Shown one piece after another: positions 26,601 to 39,344 of a stretch of 64,000 nucleotides of DNA. Location: positions 2,489,757-2,553,756 of the forward strand of contig MU054187.1 of the NCBI GenBank assembly GCA_013239625.1. Direction: 5' to 3'. A program made the translations under genes and the position numbers. The notes beneath the pieces were generated by a model. That model was not told where the DNA came from. It saw nothing but the letters and a program-made list of their open reading frames with translations, and made no database searches. Position 1 is the stretch's first letter. Every line of letters begins with the position of its first letter. The DNA comes from Lama guanicoe. Its lineage: Eukaryota.

Positions 26601-28129
26601 CTCTTCCGGGTGCAGCTGCAGAGAGAGAGAGAATAATTACCGAACTGGACAGTGAGGCCGGGGCCCCGGGTTCGGGGTGGCCAGCACCTGGGCCCTGGGA
26701 AACGCAAACTGGAGGCTCTTTGAACAATCTCAAAATAATGCAAGGAACAAAGGTCAACTGCCCTCGCATTGTCACACATTTAATGCAGAGAAAAGGGTAC
26801 GAGAGGATGTCTTTTGTGTCCCAGTGAGGTAGTGGGGAATTTTATTTAGGTTTGGTTTCTTTGAGGCTGTAGTAGCTGCCCTCCCTGCCCCCCCGCCATC
26901 AGTTACCTAACACTTGATGTCAGTTGTCCAAATCTCAGCTTAAAAGTTTGAGTAGGACCACGACAGGTTTGCAGCACCAGATTTTGAGTGGAAAACTCTT
27001 ACAGCAGTGGTTTGTGACTCAGAACGTTAACATGCCCCCAGTACCTTACAATCTTCCTCCAAAACCTCAGTTCCCTGTGTGACACCGCCCACGTCCCTGA
27101 ACTCTCGGGGCCTCAGGGGTCTCAGCTGACATGAAGGAGAGTCCGGAGTCTCGAAGGGCTCTTCCAGGTCAGACCCTGGGGCTCAGGCCTTTCCACGTCC
27201 CTTTTTGGGGAGAAGCAGATGGTGGCTGTTGTGCTGAGGGAGGAAGAGCCTGAACCACGTGTCTCTGGGTCCCGCCCAGGACTTCAGCCTGTGCCCATCC
27301 CACGGTCCTTTTCCTGGAACGTCCGTGGCTCTGACTGTGGTACCCATATTAGCATGGGCGATGCCAGCCTGAACGGACCGTGAGGCTGAAGAGAGACTGA
27401 CTTCTCTAAAATAATAACAAGCCCTCATTTGAGGTTGCTTCTGGGCTCTGTGAAGCCCACTGCAAAAGATTTTCTAGAGCCCCATGGACACAGAAATGTG
27501 TGGGCTTTGCAGGAAATCTTTAATATTCTCTATGATACGGTTCGAGGGCCTTCAGTGGGTCAAGTGACAGTTGGTCTACCTTGAAGACAAAACCTTCACG
27601 TGATGCCTTGGAAGTGCTGCCATGGGACTGGCCCGGACCAGTTAAGTGTTCCCATCCTTCTCTCTGCAGTAAGGTGGAAGGCCGAGTCACGGCACAACTG
27701 TAGGGTCCAAGGCCACGATGGCGTCGGGGAGAGCGGCTCCACTGTCCCTGTGGCCGTCGCTGGCAGCCGCGTTTTCTAGCCACCGCGGGTGGCTGTATGC
27801 ACCTCCTCGCAGCCACAACAATTCATGGAAATTAATAAATGCATTTATTGGGAGAGGTCATGGTTAAACAGGAAAATCAGTCCCCCCCGCTTCCCAGACA
27901 AATACTCCGGGATCGAGTTTCAATAGAAACCAGTAGCCTCCTTCGTGGCACCAAGTATTTATAGCGAAGAGAAGTGGTCCAAGTTCTTAGGTAGTTCAGC
28001 AAGGTTAAGTAGGCTTCTCGTATTTGTTTAGCTGACAAATGTGTTTGGAAGTTTGTCTCGCAACGTGCCAGGTACTAGCAGTTCTGGAATGTGAGCGGAC
28101 TGGGCTCTCGAGCCAGCTGTCCTCCGTTC

Positions 28130-29690
28130 AGGAGGTGGTCAGAGAGAAACAGAGTCATTTGTGCTTAAAGTTGACACAGAGTTCGAGAGGGGAAGAAGAG
28201 TCTTTTCAACAAATGGCGTGGGAAGACCGGGCGTCCGCGCAGGAGGGGGAGCAGAGCCCCTGCCTCACACGCAAAGGGGCACCAGCGGCAGCACAGGCCC
28301 GAGTGTCAGAGCTGAAGCCGTTCCCCTTCTAGAGCAGAACGTCCGAATACAGTTCTAGAGTATAAACTGGGAGTTCGGGGTTTGCACGTACAAACTACTG
28401 CCTACAAAATAGACAACCAGGTCCTACTGCACAGCACAGAGGAGGATATTCAATACCCCGTAATGGCCCACGATGAAAAGGAACATGAAGAGGAGTATGT
28501 GTGATGTGTAACTGAATCACCGTGCTCATCACCAGAAGTTAACACGTTGTAAGCTGACTACACTTCAACGAAATAAAAAAAAAATTAAAAAAAGAGTAAA
28601 TTTCTGGGACCTTAGATTTGTTTAGCTATGACAAAAACATAAGCAATCAAAGAAAAAATACAGATAAATTTGATTATATCAAAATATAAACTTTCTGTGC
28701 TGCAGGTGATACATCCGGAAAGCAAAAGGACAGCCCCAGAACGGGAGGAGACATTTAGAAATCATATATCTGATGAGAAATTGGTATCCAGAATACATAA
28801 AGAACTCTTCCAAGTCAACAAAGAGACAAGTAACAGAATTTTCAAAATGGGCAAAGGATTTGAAGAGACACGTCTCAGAGGAGATGTACAAGTGGTCAAC
28901 GAGCGCATGGAAAGATGCTCAGTGTCACTGGCATTCCGTGAGGGAAATTCAAATCAACACCACAAAGAAATTCCAGTTCAAACCCACTGGGATGACTATA
29001 ATCAAAGAGACAATGAAACAAGTATATTGGCCGAGAGATGGAGAGGTTGGGACCCTTCTAGATTGCTTGTGGGAATGTAAAATGGCATGAAAAGCAGTTT
29101 GGCAGTTCCGTAAAATGTTAAACAAAGGGTTGCCATACGTCTACGCCTCGGTATATGCCTGAGGAAATTGACGACATATGTCCACACGTAAACTTGCACA
29201 CAAATGTTCACAGCAGTGTTACTCATAATAGCCCACACATGGAAACCACCCGCACGTCCGCTCATCAGTGAACGGACACACAACAAGCGATGTCTCCAAA
29301 CGTGGTGGACGATGGATGTTATTTGGCCATAAAACAGAATGACATACTGATACACGCCACACTGTGGATGAACCACGGGGACGCTGCGCTAGATGGCAGA
29401 GGCCAGGCACCAAGGCCACATCCTGCGTGGGACGACTGGCGAGGAATGTCCAGAACAGGCAGACCTGGAGAGACAGCGGTGGGGGAGTGATCTTCCTGCG
29501 GCTGGAGTCGGGGCGAAGCTGGAGGAATGACTGCTAACGGGTTTTGGTATCTGGGGTGATGTGGTCATCCTAAACTCCGCCCGTGGTGATGGCAGACCGC
29601 CCTGCGGAGACACTGAGGCCGCGGCATTGTGTATTTCACACGGGTGAATTTTCACATGGGGGTAAATTGTATCTCAATTAGTCTTTAAAA
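28130..29690 (+). mobile_element. Old L1 (ORF2 3' part and 3'UTR) with a nested L1 3' end at ~28360-28595
   Basis: ORF2 relics (FRNHISDEKLVSRIHKELFQVNK, KWAKDLKRH, ERMERCSVSL) and an L1 3'UTR ending gtaaattgtatctcaat. Confidence 0.85.
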
Positions 29691-30074
29691 TAATTGACAT
29701 GTAGGTAGGTGGCTGATAAGACGTGATGATGTAGGTTCATGCTCTGGGTCTGCTGCACCCCACACCTCCTCTCCCCTCCCCCCACGTCCTGACCCCAGCC
29801 CCCACAGGGAGGCCTTTTCCTGCTGGGCTGTGGGAGGGGAGGGGGCTTCCCTCCTCCCTCCTCCAACTTGTCTGAGTCCCACCAACAGAAAAGACCAAAA
29901 GAAGACACTCAGGCTGGTTTTTTTTTGTTATGGAGAAAAGAAAAACATGCTCTCTCAGACTGAAAGAGCTCACGGACAGGTTAACACAGCTTTCTCTGCA
30001 GAGCTTAAAATATCAGTTTGTGTTCCTCCCAGACGCTGTTTTTGGATTCAGTTTTCTTTTTTTCCGTTCTTTCT

Positions 30075-30270
30075 ATTTGTTAATTGAAGTGCAGTCAGTT
30101 GCAATGTGTCGATTTCTGGTGCACAGCAGTGTCCCAGTCACGCGTACACATACGCCTATTCTGTTTCATATTCTTTCTCATTGTGGATCACTACAAGATA
30201 CTGAACACAGTTCCCTGTGCTGCACCGTAGGACCCTGTTGTTCATCTGTCTTGTACACAGTACTGTGTGT
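30075..30270 (-). mobile_element. L1 3' end fragment
   Basis: taattgaagtgcagtcagttgcaatgtg...cagttccctgtgctgcaccgtaggacc. Confidence 0.75.
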
Positions 30271-33200
30271 GCTCATAAACTCTTTTTAAAGTAAATATTC
30301 ACACGTGACAGATTTGACGCTGCCGGCGCCCCGTCTATCCTTTCCCTCTCCCACGCTGACACACCCGTGGACGCTGAATGTGCTGTGTCTGCTGTTCCAT
30401 TTTTCTGCTTCAGAGTCTTGGTCCCTTTGTTCCTCATCTTGGTTCATCGGGGAACCCTTTCTGTTAGCACAGCTGGTCGTGAGGGCCCGAGGACGCGCCT
30501 CGAGGGCTTCCTGCGTGCGGAGAGTGTGGCTGGACGCGGTTCTGCGGGCTGAGCCGAGCCCCCATCTCCGACCGCGCAGGGACGCACCGCCAGGGCTCCG
30601 AAGGCCCGTTCCTGGGATGCCGCCCCCCACAGGCCACTTTGGTGCCAAGACTCCCTGTCGGCCTTGCGGACCTTTTCCGGAAGCACCCTGTAGTCCCCCA
30701 GCCTTCAACCGTCCTCCCAGAGCGGGGAGCACGTCACGCGGACGTGGCCCTGGACAGCTGGGGGCGGACGGACCACGCTGCACCCTCCACCCTGTCAGGG
30801 CTGTTGGCGCCGTTGCCCCGATTTCAGGTTGCGATGTTGTTCTGTGCTGAGCAGCCGGCCTCTGCCGTGCACCGCGGCCGTGACAGTGACCCGTGTCTGT
30901 GTTTGTCTTTCTGGACCATTTGCATCATGACAATGGTGAGCCACAGGCACCTGACAGGCAAATGTTCTGATGGAGCTTCGCGTCCTGGCTGCTCACAGGC
31001 ACCGTGTGCGGCTGGAGCCTGACACCGCCTCCTCCAAAGTGCACGGAGAGCATTTCTGACTCTGCTCGCTCCCCTTTTCCTGCCCCACACCTGGGGGAGG
31101 TGGTGTGGGCACTGGATTGGCCGTCCCCAGGAAGGAAGTGTCTTCTCTCAGCAGCTTCCTGGGCCACAATCAGGACAAAAAGGGGGGGGGGCAATTGTCA
31201 TCATCTGTGAAAGGGTGTCTCCTACTTGCAAACTGAGCACTTGGCCTCCATGGTTTCAGCGATGCTGGCAGAAGACACGAGACCCCTGGTCAGAGACCAA
31301 GGATGGCCACTCATGGCAGTAGGGCCATCAGAGTCCCGAAACCACCGAGCAGCATGGTGAGGGGCCGGGGAAAGAGGCATGTGCCGTGGGTTGCATCCAT
31401 GCCAGGAACCCCAAGTTGAAGGAGCCCAAATCTGTAACGGACGAGGTCGGGGCTGGAGGGAAGCGCCATTACACTGGGAAGTTAGCACGGCTGCCCTCGG
31501 AGCTGGAGCAGGACGCTGTCTCCCCCCACGGCTGGGGGCTGGACACACCTGGGGAGAGAGTCGGAAACAGAGAGAGCCCGTGGCTTAGCTCACTGGGGTG
31601 CAGAGAGACCGCCTGAGGGACTGTCTCCCAGCTGGGATGTGGGCCTGTCCTGAGAATGTGGGGTCCTCCCTTACGAAAACCGGGTGCGATGCTCCGTTCC
31701 TTTACCCGAGGGCAGTGGTCGGCTGGCCAGGTGGACGCCCTTTGCGGGCGCCCAGCTAACGGGAGACTTAAACTTGCTTCTGGTTCGGCCACCTGGATTC
31801 TCCTGTGGGACGAGCACGGCCCTCGACCGCGAAGGCAAGCTCCCCGTGGTTGAGGACACCGCTTACCGGGTCCTCCGGGCGGCCCGTGTCGGGAGTGAGG
31901 GCTTTATGGGCCCACCCTCTCAAGCCCCTGTGTGGAAGTTCTGACCCCCGGGGCGACTGTATTTTTAGATCTGGCCTTGAGGGAGTTGGTTAAGGCTGAA
32001 TGAGTTAATAAGGGTGGATCCTAATCTGACAGGACAAGGAGAAGTTCTGAAAAGGAAAAATGTAGATGTGTACGTGCAACTGAAGCACTGCTCTGCACCT
32101 GAGCTAACGTTGTCAGTCAACTACACTTGAATAAACTTTTTTTTAAAAAAGGGAGACACCAGAGACCCCCTGTGCCTCTGACACCCTCTCTGCGCGAGCA
32201 CAGAGGAGCGGCCTGGAAAGACACCCAGCAGGTGCGTCTGTGTGCACGCCCGGGAGGGAGCCCTCGCCAGAAGCCAAGGCCCTGGACTTCGCGGCCTCGG
32301 GAACCGGGAGGAAGTCAACGCGCGCCTGCGGCGGGAGCGCCCGTCCCGGGCATGCCGTCCCGGCGGCTGCAGCGGCCACGCGTGCGTTCTCTGGACGCCT
32401 GATGGACGTGCCCTTTTCCCTTTTGCCCTGGGCTCTTCCAGAGGAAGGTCTTGTGGCTGCGGGAATATTTGGCCCCATGGTGAATGGGCTGTGCTGATTT
32501 TGTGGTGGGGGCGGGCACCCGGGGAGGGAAGGCTGTGGACCTCAGGACGTGTGAGGGACCTTGGCCACCCTCTGGGAGCCTTTCTCAGAAGGGGAGACGC
32601 CCTGGGGTGGCTTCTTTGCGCTGTTGTGAGAGACTCAGGTTGAAGGCCGCTGGGTCCTCGTCCTCCTCCCGGTGACTCTGACCGCCGCTGATCACCGGGC
32701 ACCTTAACCTGACAGAGAAATCCATCAGGAGCAGCAGGGAGGGCCCCCATGCAAAACCAAGCCCACCCTGCTGGGGTCACTCGATGTCTCCCCCTTCTCC
32801 CCAAGCCACGCTCCGCCATCCTGTGGGGCGAGGCGTGCTGCTCCGCCGGTGGCCGGTACGACAGGACCGCCCCTCAGGCAGTCGTTCTGAAAACCAAGAT
32901 GGGACTCAATCTTCAGGCTGAGCTGGGGCCCCCAGGCCTGCCAGCTGGCCGGGACGTCGTGCCGCTGGCGTCGTCTGCCTTTTCACACACACGCGGTGAT
33001 GGAGGCCTCAGCAGCCGTGAGTGCTCTCCCCAGGGGCACTGGGTGCACTGGCAGCGTGATGCGTCCAGTGTGGAAGCCTGCCAGGGGTCAGTCTGCCTTC
33101 CTCTTGAAAACTTGGGACTTGACCCCAGGAGTGGTCGGAGGAGACCTTCGAGCACCGAAGGAGGTGCCGGAGATCAGGAAGCCCTCCGACGGCTCTCGAG

Positions 33201-33916
33201 CTCTCTCCTCCAGGGGGCACCGGGGAAGGATGGCAGGCTTGTTGTCTGGGTCCCCCGGGAGCACTTTCTCCTGTGATATGAAGCCTCCAATTAGAAAAGG
33301 GAGCGTGGAACCCGCCCCTGGTTTTCGCTGAGGCGATCGGTGGTTTGACCTCGTCCCTGAGCACACGTTACCCGCCCCTGCCGCCTGGGGAACTAAGATG
33401 TCACTTTCCCCAGGTGCTTCTCCTGATGCCCTGGGTCGGGCTGAGGTGTCTTCCTGGTGCCTCCGGCGGCCGCGCTCCTGGGCAGGTGCCTGCCTGCAGC
33501 CAAGCCCGCTGGACTGTCATCATTGCCCTTACCTGCGTCCCTCTGCACACTGCCCTCTCCAGGCGGCCAGCCTCACCTCCCTGGTTCATGACTGAGCACG
33601 CTGGACCCAGGACAGAGTCTGCAGAGTCCAGACTTTCAGTCCAGACTTGTTGATTCTTAATAACAGCTTAATAGTAATAATCGTCACTGTGGGTACCCCG
33701 CTTCCTGTCCCGTCATGGCAGCTGGCTCCCATCTGAACCTCAGCCCTCCATCTCTAGATCCTTCTTATCTCACAGGGAGATGAAGAGTCTTATCTGTCTA
33801 TCTACCTGTCCGTCCATCCGTCCGTCCGTCTATCCATCCATCCATATGTAAACCTTGAACAAAATTCTTAGTATATGTTAGGTTCCCTCCCTTTGGCAAA
33901 CTAATTGGAATTCAGG

Positions 33917-34130
33917 AGGGAAGGGTATAGCCCAGTGGTGGAGTGTGTGCCTAGCATGCACAAGGTCCTGGGTTCAATCCCCAGTGCCTCCACTAAAAGT
34001 AAATAAATAAATTACCTAATTACCTACCCCCCCAAACAAAACAAAGAGTGACGTTATGACTGGGACATAATGCTGGACACCAGAAACTGACACATTGTAA
34101 CTGACTATCCTAAAATTAAAAAAAAAAAAG
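33917..34130 (+). mobile_element. Vic-1-like SINE (33917-34044) followed by an L1 3' tail
   Basis: SINE A/B boxes and tail, then acaccagaaactgacacattgtaactgacta...poly(A). Confidence 0.85.
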
Positions 34131-37100
34131 AGTGAAAATTTTCATTACAATTTGAATCCTAGGAAATGGAACATGGTCCAAAGATGGGGAAAAAATTTAG
34201 TAATTAATTTGAGTCATTCTCTTCAAAAAAACAAAAACAAAAAAACAATTGGAGTTCAGGAAGGAGAAGCTGGTGCTGCAGCTAAGTCCGGGAGGCGGCC
34301 GGGGGCCGGGGGCCGGGGTGGGGCCTCCGAGCGCTGTGACAGGGAGGCTCTGTGCCATCCTTCTGCGTCTCAGCGCTGCACACCCTTGTCCCACACCGTG
34401 TTCAATCTTCAAGCAGACTTTGGGCAAGAGTCCCAGACCCCACAGACACCCTCAGGTCGAACAGGAAACGCTCTCGGGCGGTCGAGCAGCGGGGAAAGGT
34501 GCTGAGTCATGGATTTGCTTCCTCCTGATTCTACGTGGGGCTTATCGTGTTCTCCAGGAAGCGCGAGCACACCCAGCTATTAATAATGGTGATGAAGTGA
34601 AGTTTCTGACTACATCTGACCGAATCCGGGGTGGAGGTGAGGGTCACCTGCCCGGCAAGCCTACCCGCCTATCTGTCCAGGAAGGAAGGGACCTATCTGG
34701 AGGCAGCCTGTGAGATACGAAGGTTCTTGCTGGAAGTCCCTCGGCTTCACGCCACCGAGTGACCCGAGCATCCTGGAGGTGACGGCTGGGTGGGAGAGGG
34801 GATGTGGTCATTGGCAGGTCTTCTCCGGCGTTTCCGAGACCCCTCAGTGGGCAGAGAGCTGGATGAAGAAACAGTCTCTGGTTTGCTAGGATGAAGGGCT
34901 TGCTGCGAGGAACAGGGAGCGAGGCGTACCCGCACACCAGGCGTGCGGTGTTTTCCCCGGGGACTTGCTCTGACCCTCTTCCCTCGTCCCCTTTTCCGTA
35001 AAAGCAGGAGATTGCACGAATGCAAGCCCATCCCTGCCCATCCTCCCCCTCCTGTCCCCGCGTCCCCTCCACGGCCTGGCCCGGCTTGACCAGTGGGAAT
35101 GGTGTCAGATGACGATTTCTGTTGCGTGCCTAGAACTTCCCAGAAATTATGGTTACCAGAGTGAATCACAAGAGAGCCTCTGATTCTGTTTTTTCTCCCA
35201 GAAGTGGGAGGACAGTTACGGCCACGCACCTCAGTGAACAGGGTTTCTCAGCAGTTGCGTTACTGGGTTCAGAAGTTCATCCTTTGGCACGCAGCCCGAG
35301 TGGAAAACTGCACCCAGTGAGGGGGTGTGCGACACGCTCTGGCTCAGTACATTCAGCCCGAATTGACACAAGGGAAAGTTGATTTCAACTATTTTTGGTT
35401 CCTTCCCCTTAACTGCATGCAGACTTGAGAAGTGTTCACCACAGAACGGCGTTTCCAGCGTTCAGGTCGGGCTGATGGTTAACTCAAGGCACCCGGGGAG
35501 AATTCCTGTTGCAGTCGGTTTGCACAAAGAGGGGAGTCAAGCTCACTAGAGCAATAAACCGGGGCCAGTCCCTGCACACCTCCACCTGCCCCGTTCACCA
35601 CGGGAGCCACAGCTGTACGTCGCTCCTGAAATTTTAACTGAAATTAGTTAGAACTAAAGAGTCAGCTCCTCAGCCACACTGGCCACACCTCACGTGCTCA
35701 GTCGCTCCCTGTGGCTCGTAGCTACTGCGCTGGGCAGGCGGACCTGGGGCATCTCCACGTCGTGGAGAGTGCTCTGGGACGGCGCTCGGCCACAGGCTGT
35801 GTCACCACTGAGAGGGGCAGCGCCACCTCGGGTGTCAGAGACGGCCGTAGGGGGCGCGGGGCACGTTGTGAAGGGCAGCTCGGACCGTGTCACTTGTAAT
35901 TGGGGTGGATGCAGCGGGGGTTCCAGATTTCCTCAAGAGGAGCTTCATAAAATAATCTGCCCCTTGGCGCGTGTGTCCGATAGTCCTACAGGTCAGCTCC
36001 CTTTGTCCCCCTGCAGTCAGCAGCGCTGAGAATCCACTTTCCTGGGCAGAAAGAGAAGGAAGCCCCTGTCACGCCAGCTCCCTAGTCCCAGGGGGTCCAG
36101 CGTCGGCCCCGGACAAGCTCTCTGGGACGCCTCTCCACCCAGCCTCAGCCTCGTGTCCTGCAGCTGCACAGGGCCTGTGGGGGCACACAGCTGCCCTCCC
36201 CCCCGCCACATTGTCACACACAGACCTAGAAGTGCCCGCGCGCTTGTCCTGGGAATTCTGCAGCAGAGATGTGACCTGGAAGGGCAGGGCTCCGAGGACT
36301 GGCTCCTTGGAGCAGAGTTTTGGGTTTTGTTTCCTCTCACTTGTGCCAGGGGGTGAGACCTCCCTCGGCAGGCCTGGGGTGAGGGCTGAAGGCGCTGGCG
36401 GGCCCGGGGCGCTTAGCATGGACCTCACACGGGGGCTGCACACCCGGGAGCCGCGGTGAGCGGCGGCTGCTCTGACCCAAGAGCTGCGCTCAGGGCTGGG
36501 CTCCGGGGGGCGCGGTGTTTTCCTTCTCCTGCAAAGCGACGGGAGACTCTCGGACGCTCTGTCGTCCAGGTTTAGATCAGTCTAAACACCTGGGCTGGGG
36601 CTGAACAGCGCCACATGGGCGTGCTGGTGACAGTGTGCGTGTGACAGCCGCTCTGCTGCCTGTCCCCCTCAGGGCCCTCCTCCCCTGCCTCCCTTTCCCT
36701 TTGGTGACGGAATCCAGATTTTGTCTGGGTGTCTGGTGTCCAGGGCTCCCTCCCCAGGTCCAGGCATGGAATCTCAATTGGTCCAAGCGCTCAGGTTGGT
36801 GTCCCTTGTCTTGTGGTGACATAATTCTGAGAGGTGAGACGTAGAGAAAGTGGGGTGGGGGGCAGACCCAAGTGTGATTTTCTTTCCATAAAAATGAAAG
36901 AAAGACACATGGAGCCACCGGGCCCTGTTCTTTCCCCCTAATGTGCCGCGGCCAGTGGCTGGGCCTCTTGTGTCCGAGAGGGGACGAGCTCCAGGCAAGG
37001 CCAGCACGCCTGGACAGCAGAGGGGGAGAGTGGGAAGGACCCTCGTTCAGGGTGAAATCCTCACCTATTACATTAACCAGCCCCAGAATCACCCTGTTTC

Positions 37101-37317
37101 TAGACTTCTTGGTAAGTGAGAAAATACATTTATTTTATTCATTCAATCAAATTAAAAGTTGGAATTTTCTACGATGTGCTGCAGACAGCATCCTAAATGA
37201 CAGGACACAAGTGACCAGTATGTGCGCATTTTGTGACTTACCTGTGTCTTGTATTCCTGACTCGACTCTATCTGCTTCTTGGAAGGTGGGCTGTGCCTTC
37301 ATCCTCGGACACTCTCA

Positions 37318-37533
37318 TGTCACCCATCCCAGTGTCCTGCCTGTCGCCCACCTCAGTGTCCCACCTGTCACCCATCTCAGTGTCCCGCCTGTCGCCCATC
37401 TCAGTGTCCCACCTGTCGCCCACCTCAGTGTCCCGCCTGTCGCCCATCTCAGTGTCCTTCATGTCACCCACCTCAGTGTCCCGCCTGTCACCCACCTCAG
37501 TGTCCCGCCTGTCACCCATCTCAGTGTCCTGCT
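37318..37533 (+). repeat. Minisatellite, 9 x 24 bp (consensus TGTCRCCCAYCTCAGTGTCCCRCC)
   Basis: Nine contiguous 24-nt units counted directly, without indels. Confidence 0.95.
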
Positions 37534-37554
37534 TTTCAAGAATTATCTACTGCC

Positions 37555-38687
37555 ATAAAAGCAAGAATGAACAAATGGGACCTAATGAAACTTACAAGCT
37601 TCTGCACAGCAAAGGAAACCAGAAGTAAAACAAGAAGAAAACCTACGGAATGGGAGAAAATTTTTGCAAGTGAAACCGACAAAGGCTTGATCTCCAGAAT
37701 ATATAAGCAGCTCATACGACTCAATAAGATAAGAATAAACAACCCAATCCAAAAATTGGCAGAAGACCTAAACAAGCAATTCTCCAAGGAAGACATACAA
37801 ATGATCAAAAAGCACATGAAAAAATGTTCAATATCACTAATTATCAGAGAAATGCAAATCAAAACTACAATGAGGTATCACCTCACACCAGTCAGAATGG
37901 CCGTCATTCAAAAATCCACAAATGACAAATGCTGGAGAGGCTGTGGAGAAAGGGGAACCCTCCTACACTGCTGGTGGGAATGCAGTTTGGTGCAGCCACT
38001 ATGGAAAACAGTGTGGAGATTCCTCAAAAGACTAGGAATAGACTTACCATATGACCCAGGAATCCCACTCCTGGGCTTGTACCCAGAAGGAAATCTACTT
38101 CAGGATGACACCTGCACCCCAATGTTCATAGCAGCACTATTTACAATAGCCAAAACATGGAAACAACCTAAATGTCCATCAACAGGTGACTGGATAAAGA
38201 AGATGTGGTATATTTATACAATGGAATACTACTCAGCCATAAAAACTGACAACGTAATGCCATTTGCAGCAACATGGATGCTCCTGGAGAATGTCATTCT
38301 AAGTGAAGTAAGCCAGAAAGAGAAAGAAAAATACCATATGAGATCGCTCATATGTGGAATCTAAAAAACAAAAACAAACAAACAAACAAAAACAAAGCAT
38401 AAATACAGGACAGAAATAGACTCATGGACAGAGAATACAGACTTGTGGTTACCAGGGGGGTAGAGGGTGGGAAGGGATAGACTGGGATTTCAAAATTGTA
38501 GAACAGATAAACAAGATTACACTGTATAGCACAGGGAAATATACACAAAATGTTATGATAAATCACAGAGAAAAAAATGTGACAATGAGTGTGTATATGT
38601 CCATGAATGACTGAAAAATTGTGCTGAACGCTGGAATTTGACACAACATTGTAAAATGATTATAAATCAATAAAAAATGTTAAAAAA
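37555..38687 (+). mobile_element. Young 5'-truncated LINE-1 (ORF2 C-terminus, 3'UTR, poly-A)
   Basis: Stop-free ORF2 from 37555 to 38364 including the CCHC motif [24 protein letters not shown] and A-tail follow. 17-bp TSD AAGAATTATCTACTGCC (37538) / AAGAACGATCTACTGCC (38688). Confidence 0.95.
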
Positions 38688-39344
38688 AAGAACGATCTAC
38701 TGCCTAATAACTGGCAAATTTTCGGTGATGCCACAAGCACAGTGGAATATTTGTGATGCTGTAGACGGCAGCTGCTTGCCATAGCTTTCACCGTATTTTT
38801 CCTTACAGAACCCAGAATTTCAGAAGTGAAAGGGGCTTAGAGGACACTTCATGTTTGGTCACTTTAGAGAGAAGGTGTCTGGACAAAAAGCAGCAGCTTG
38901 TGCAGGGTGGCGTGGCTGGTGACACAGGAGAGCTACGACTGGACCGTCCCCAAGCGGGGGTCCAGCAGCTCCCCCCTTTCCCTCTGGTCTCCCAGTTTTC
39001 AGCCCTCTTCCTGTCCCCTGCCTCTTAAGATGTATTTAGCCCTGTGGCACATTCTTACTGAGTCTTATGAATTTAGTATTAAAAATTACCAAAGCAGTCT
39101 CCTTCTAAACGTCAGTATAAACTAGTATTAAAAACAGTTACTAAATAAGTAACACTATGACACATCACAACTTCATAGCTAATATTTATAGAAATTTCAC
39201 TACGGGCTGGGTATTATGCTCAATGTTTTACACGCAATGACTCATTTAATCCTTAAATGAGTAACAGTGTAACATGGTAATGATGGAATTATTGACAACT
39301 TAGCTAATATGTATAGAAATTTTACAGCGTGCCAGGTATTGTGC

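Noticed and set aside
29386..29399. CTCF-like GCGCTAGATGGCAG, and weaker matches near 51780 and 57360
   Set aside because: Mismatches at key core positions, and two of the three lie inside decayed repeats; too weak to call without a scan.
21200..36500. Many overlapping 100-230 aa ORFs on both strands
   Set aside because: Rich in Pro, Arg, Gly and Ala, mostly non-ATG starts, no recognisable domains or exon structure. Expected in GC-rich DNA with few stop codons.
37318..37533. Possible CRISPR array
   Set aside because: The units are directly adjacent with no unique spacers, there are no cas genes, and the context is mammalian. It is a minisatellite.
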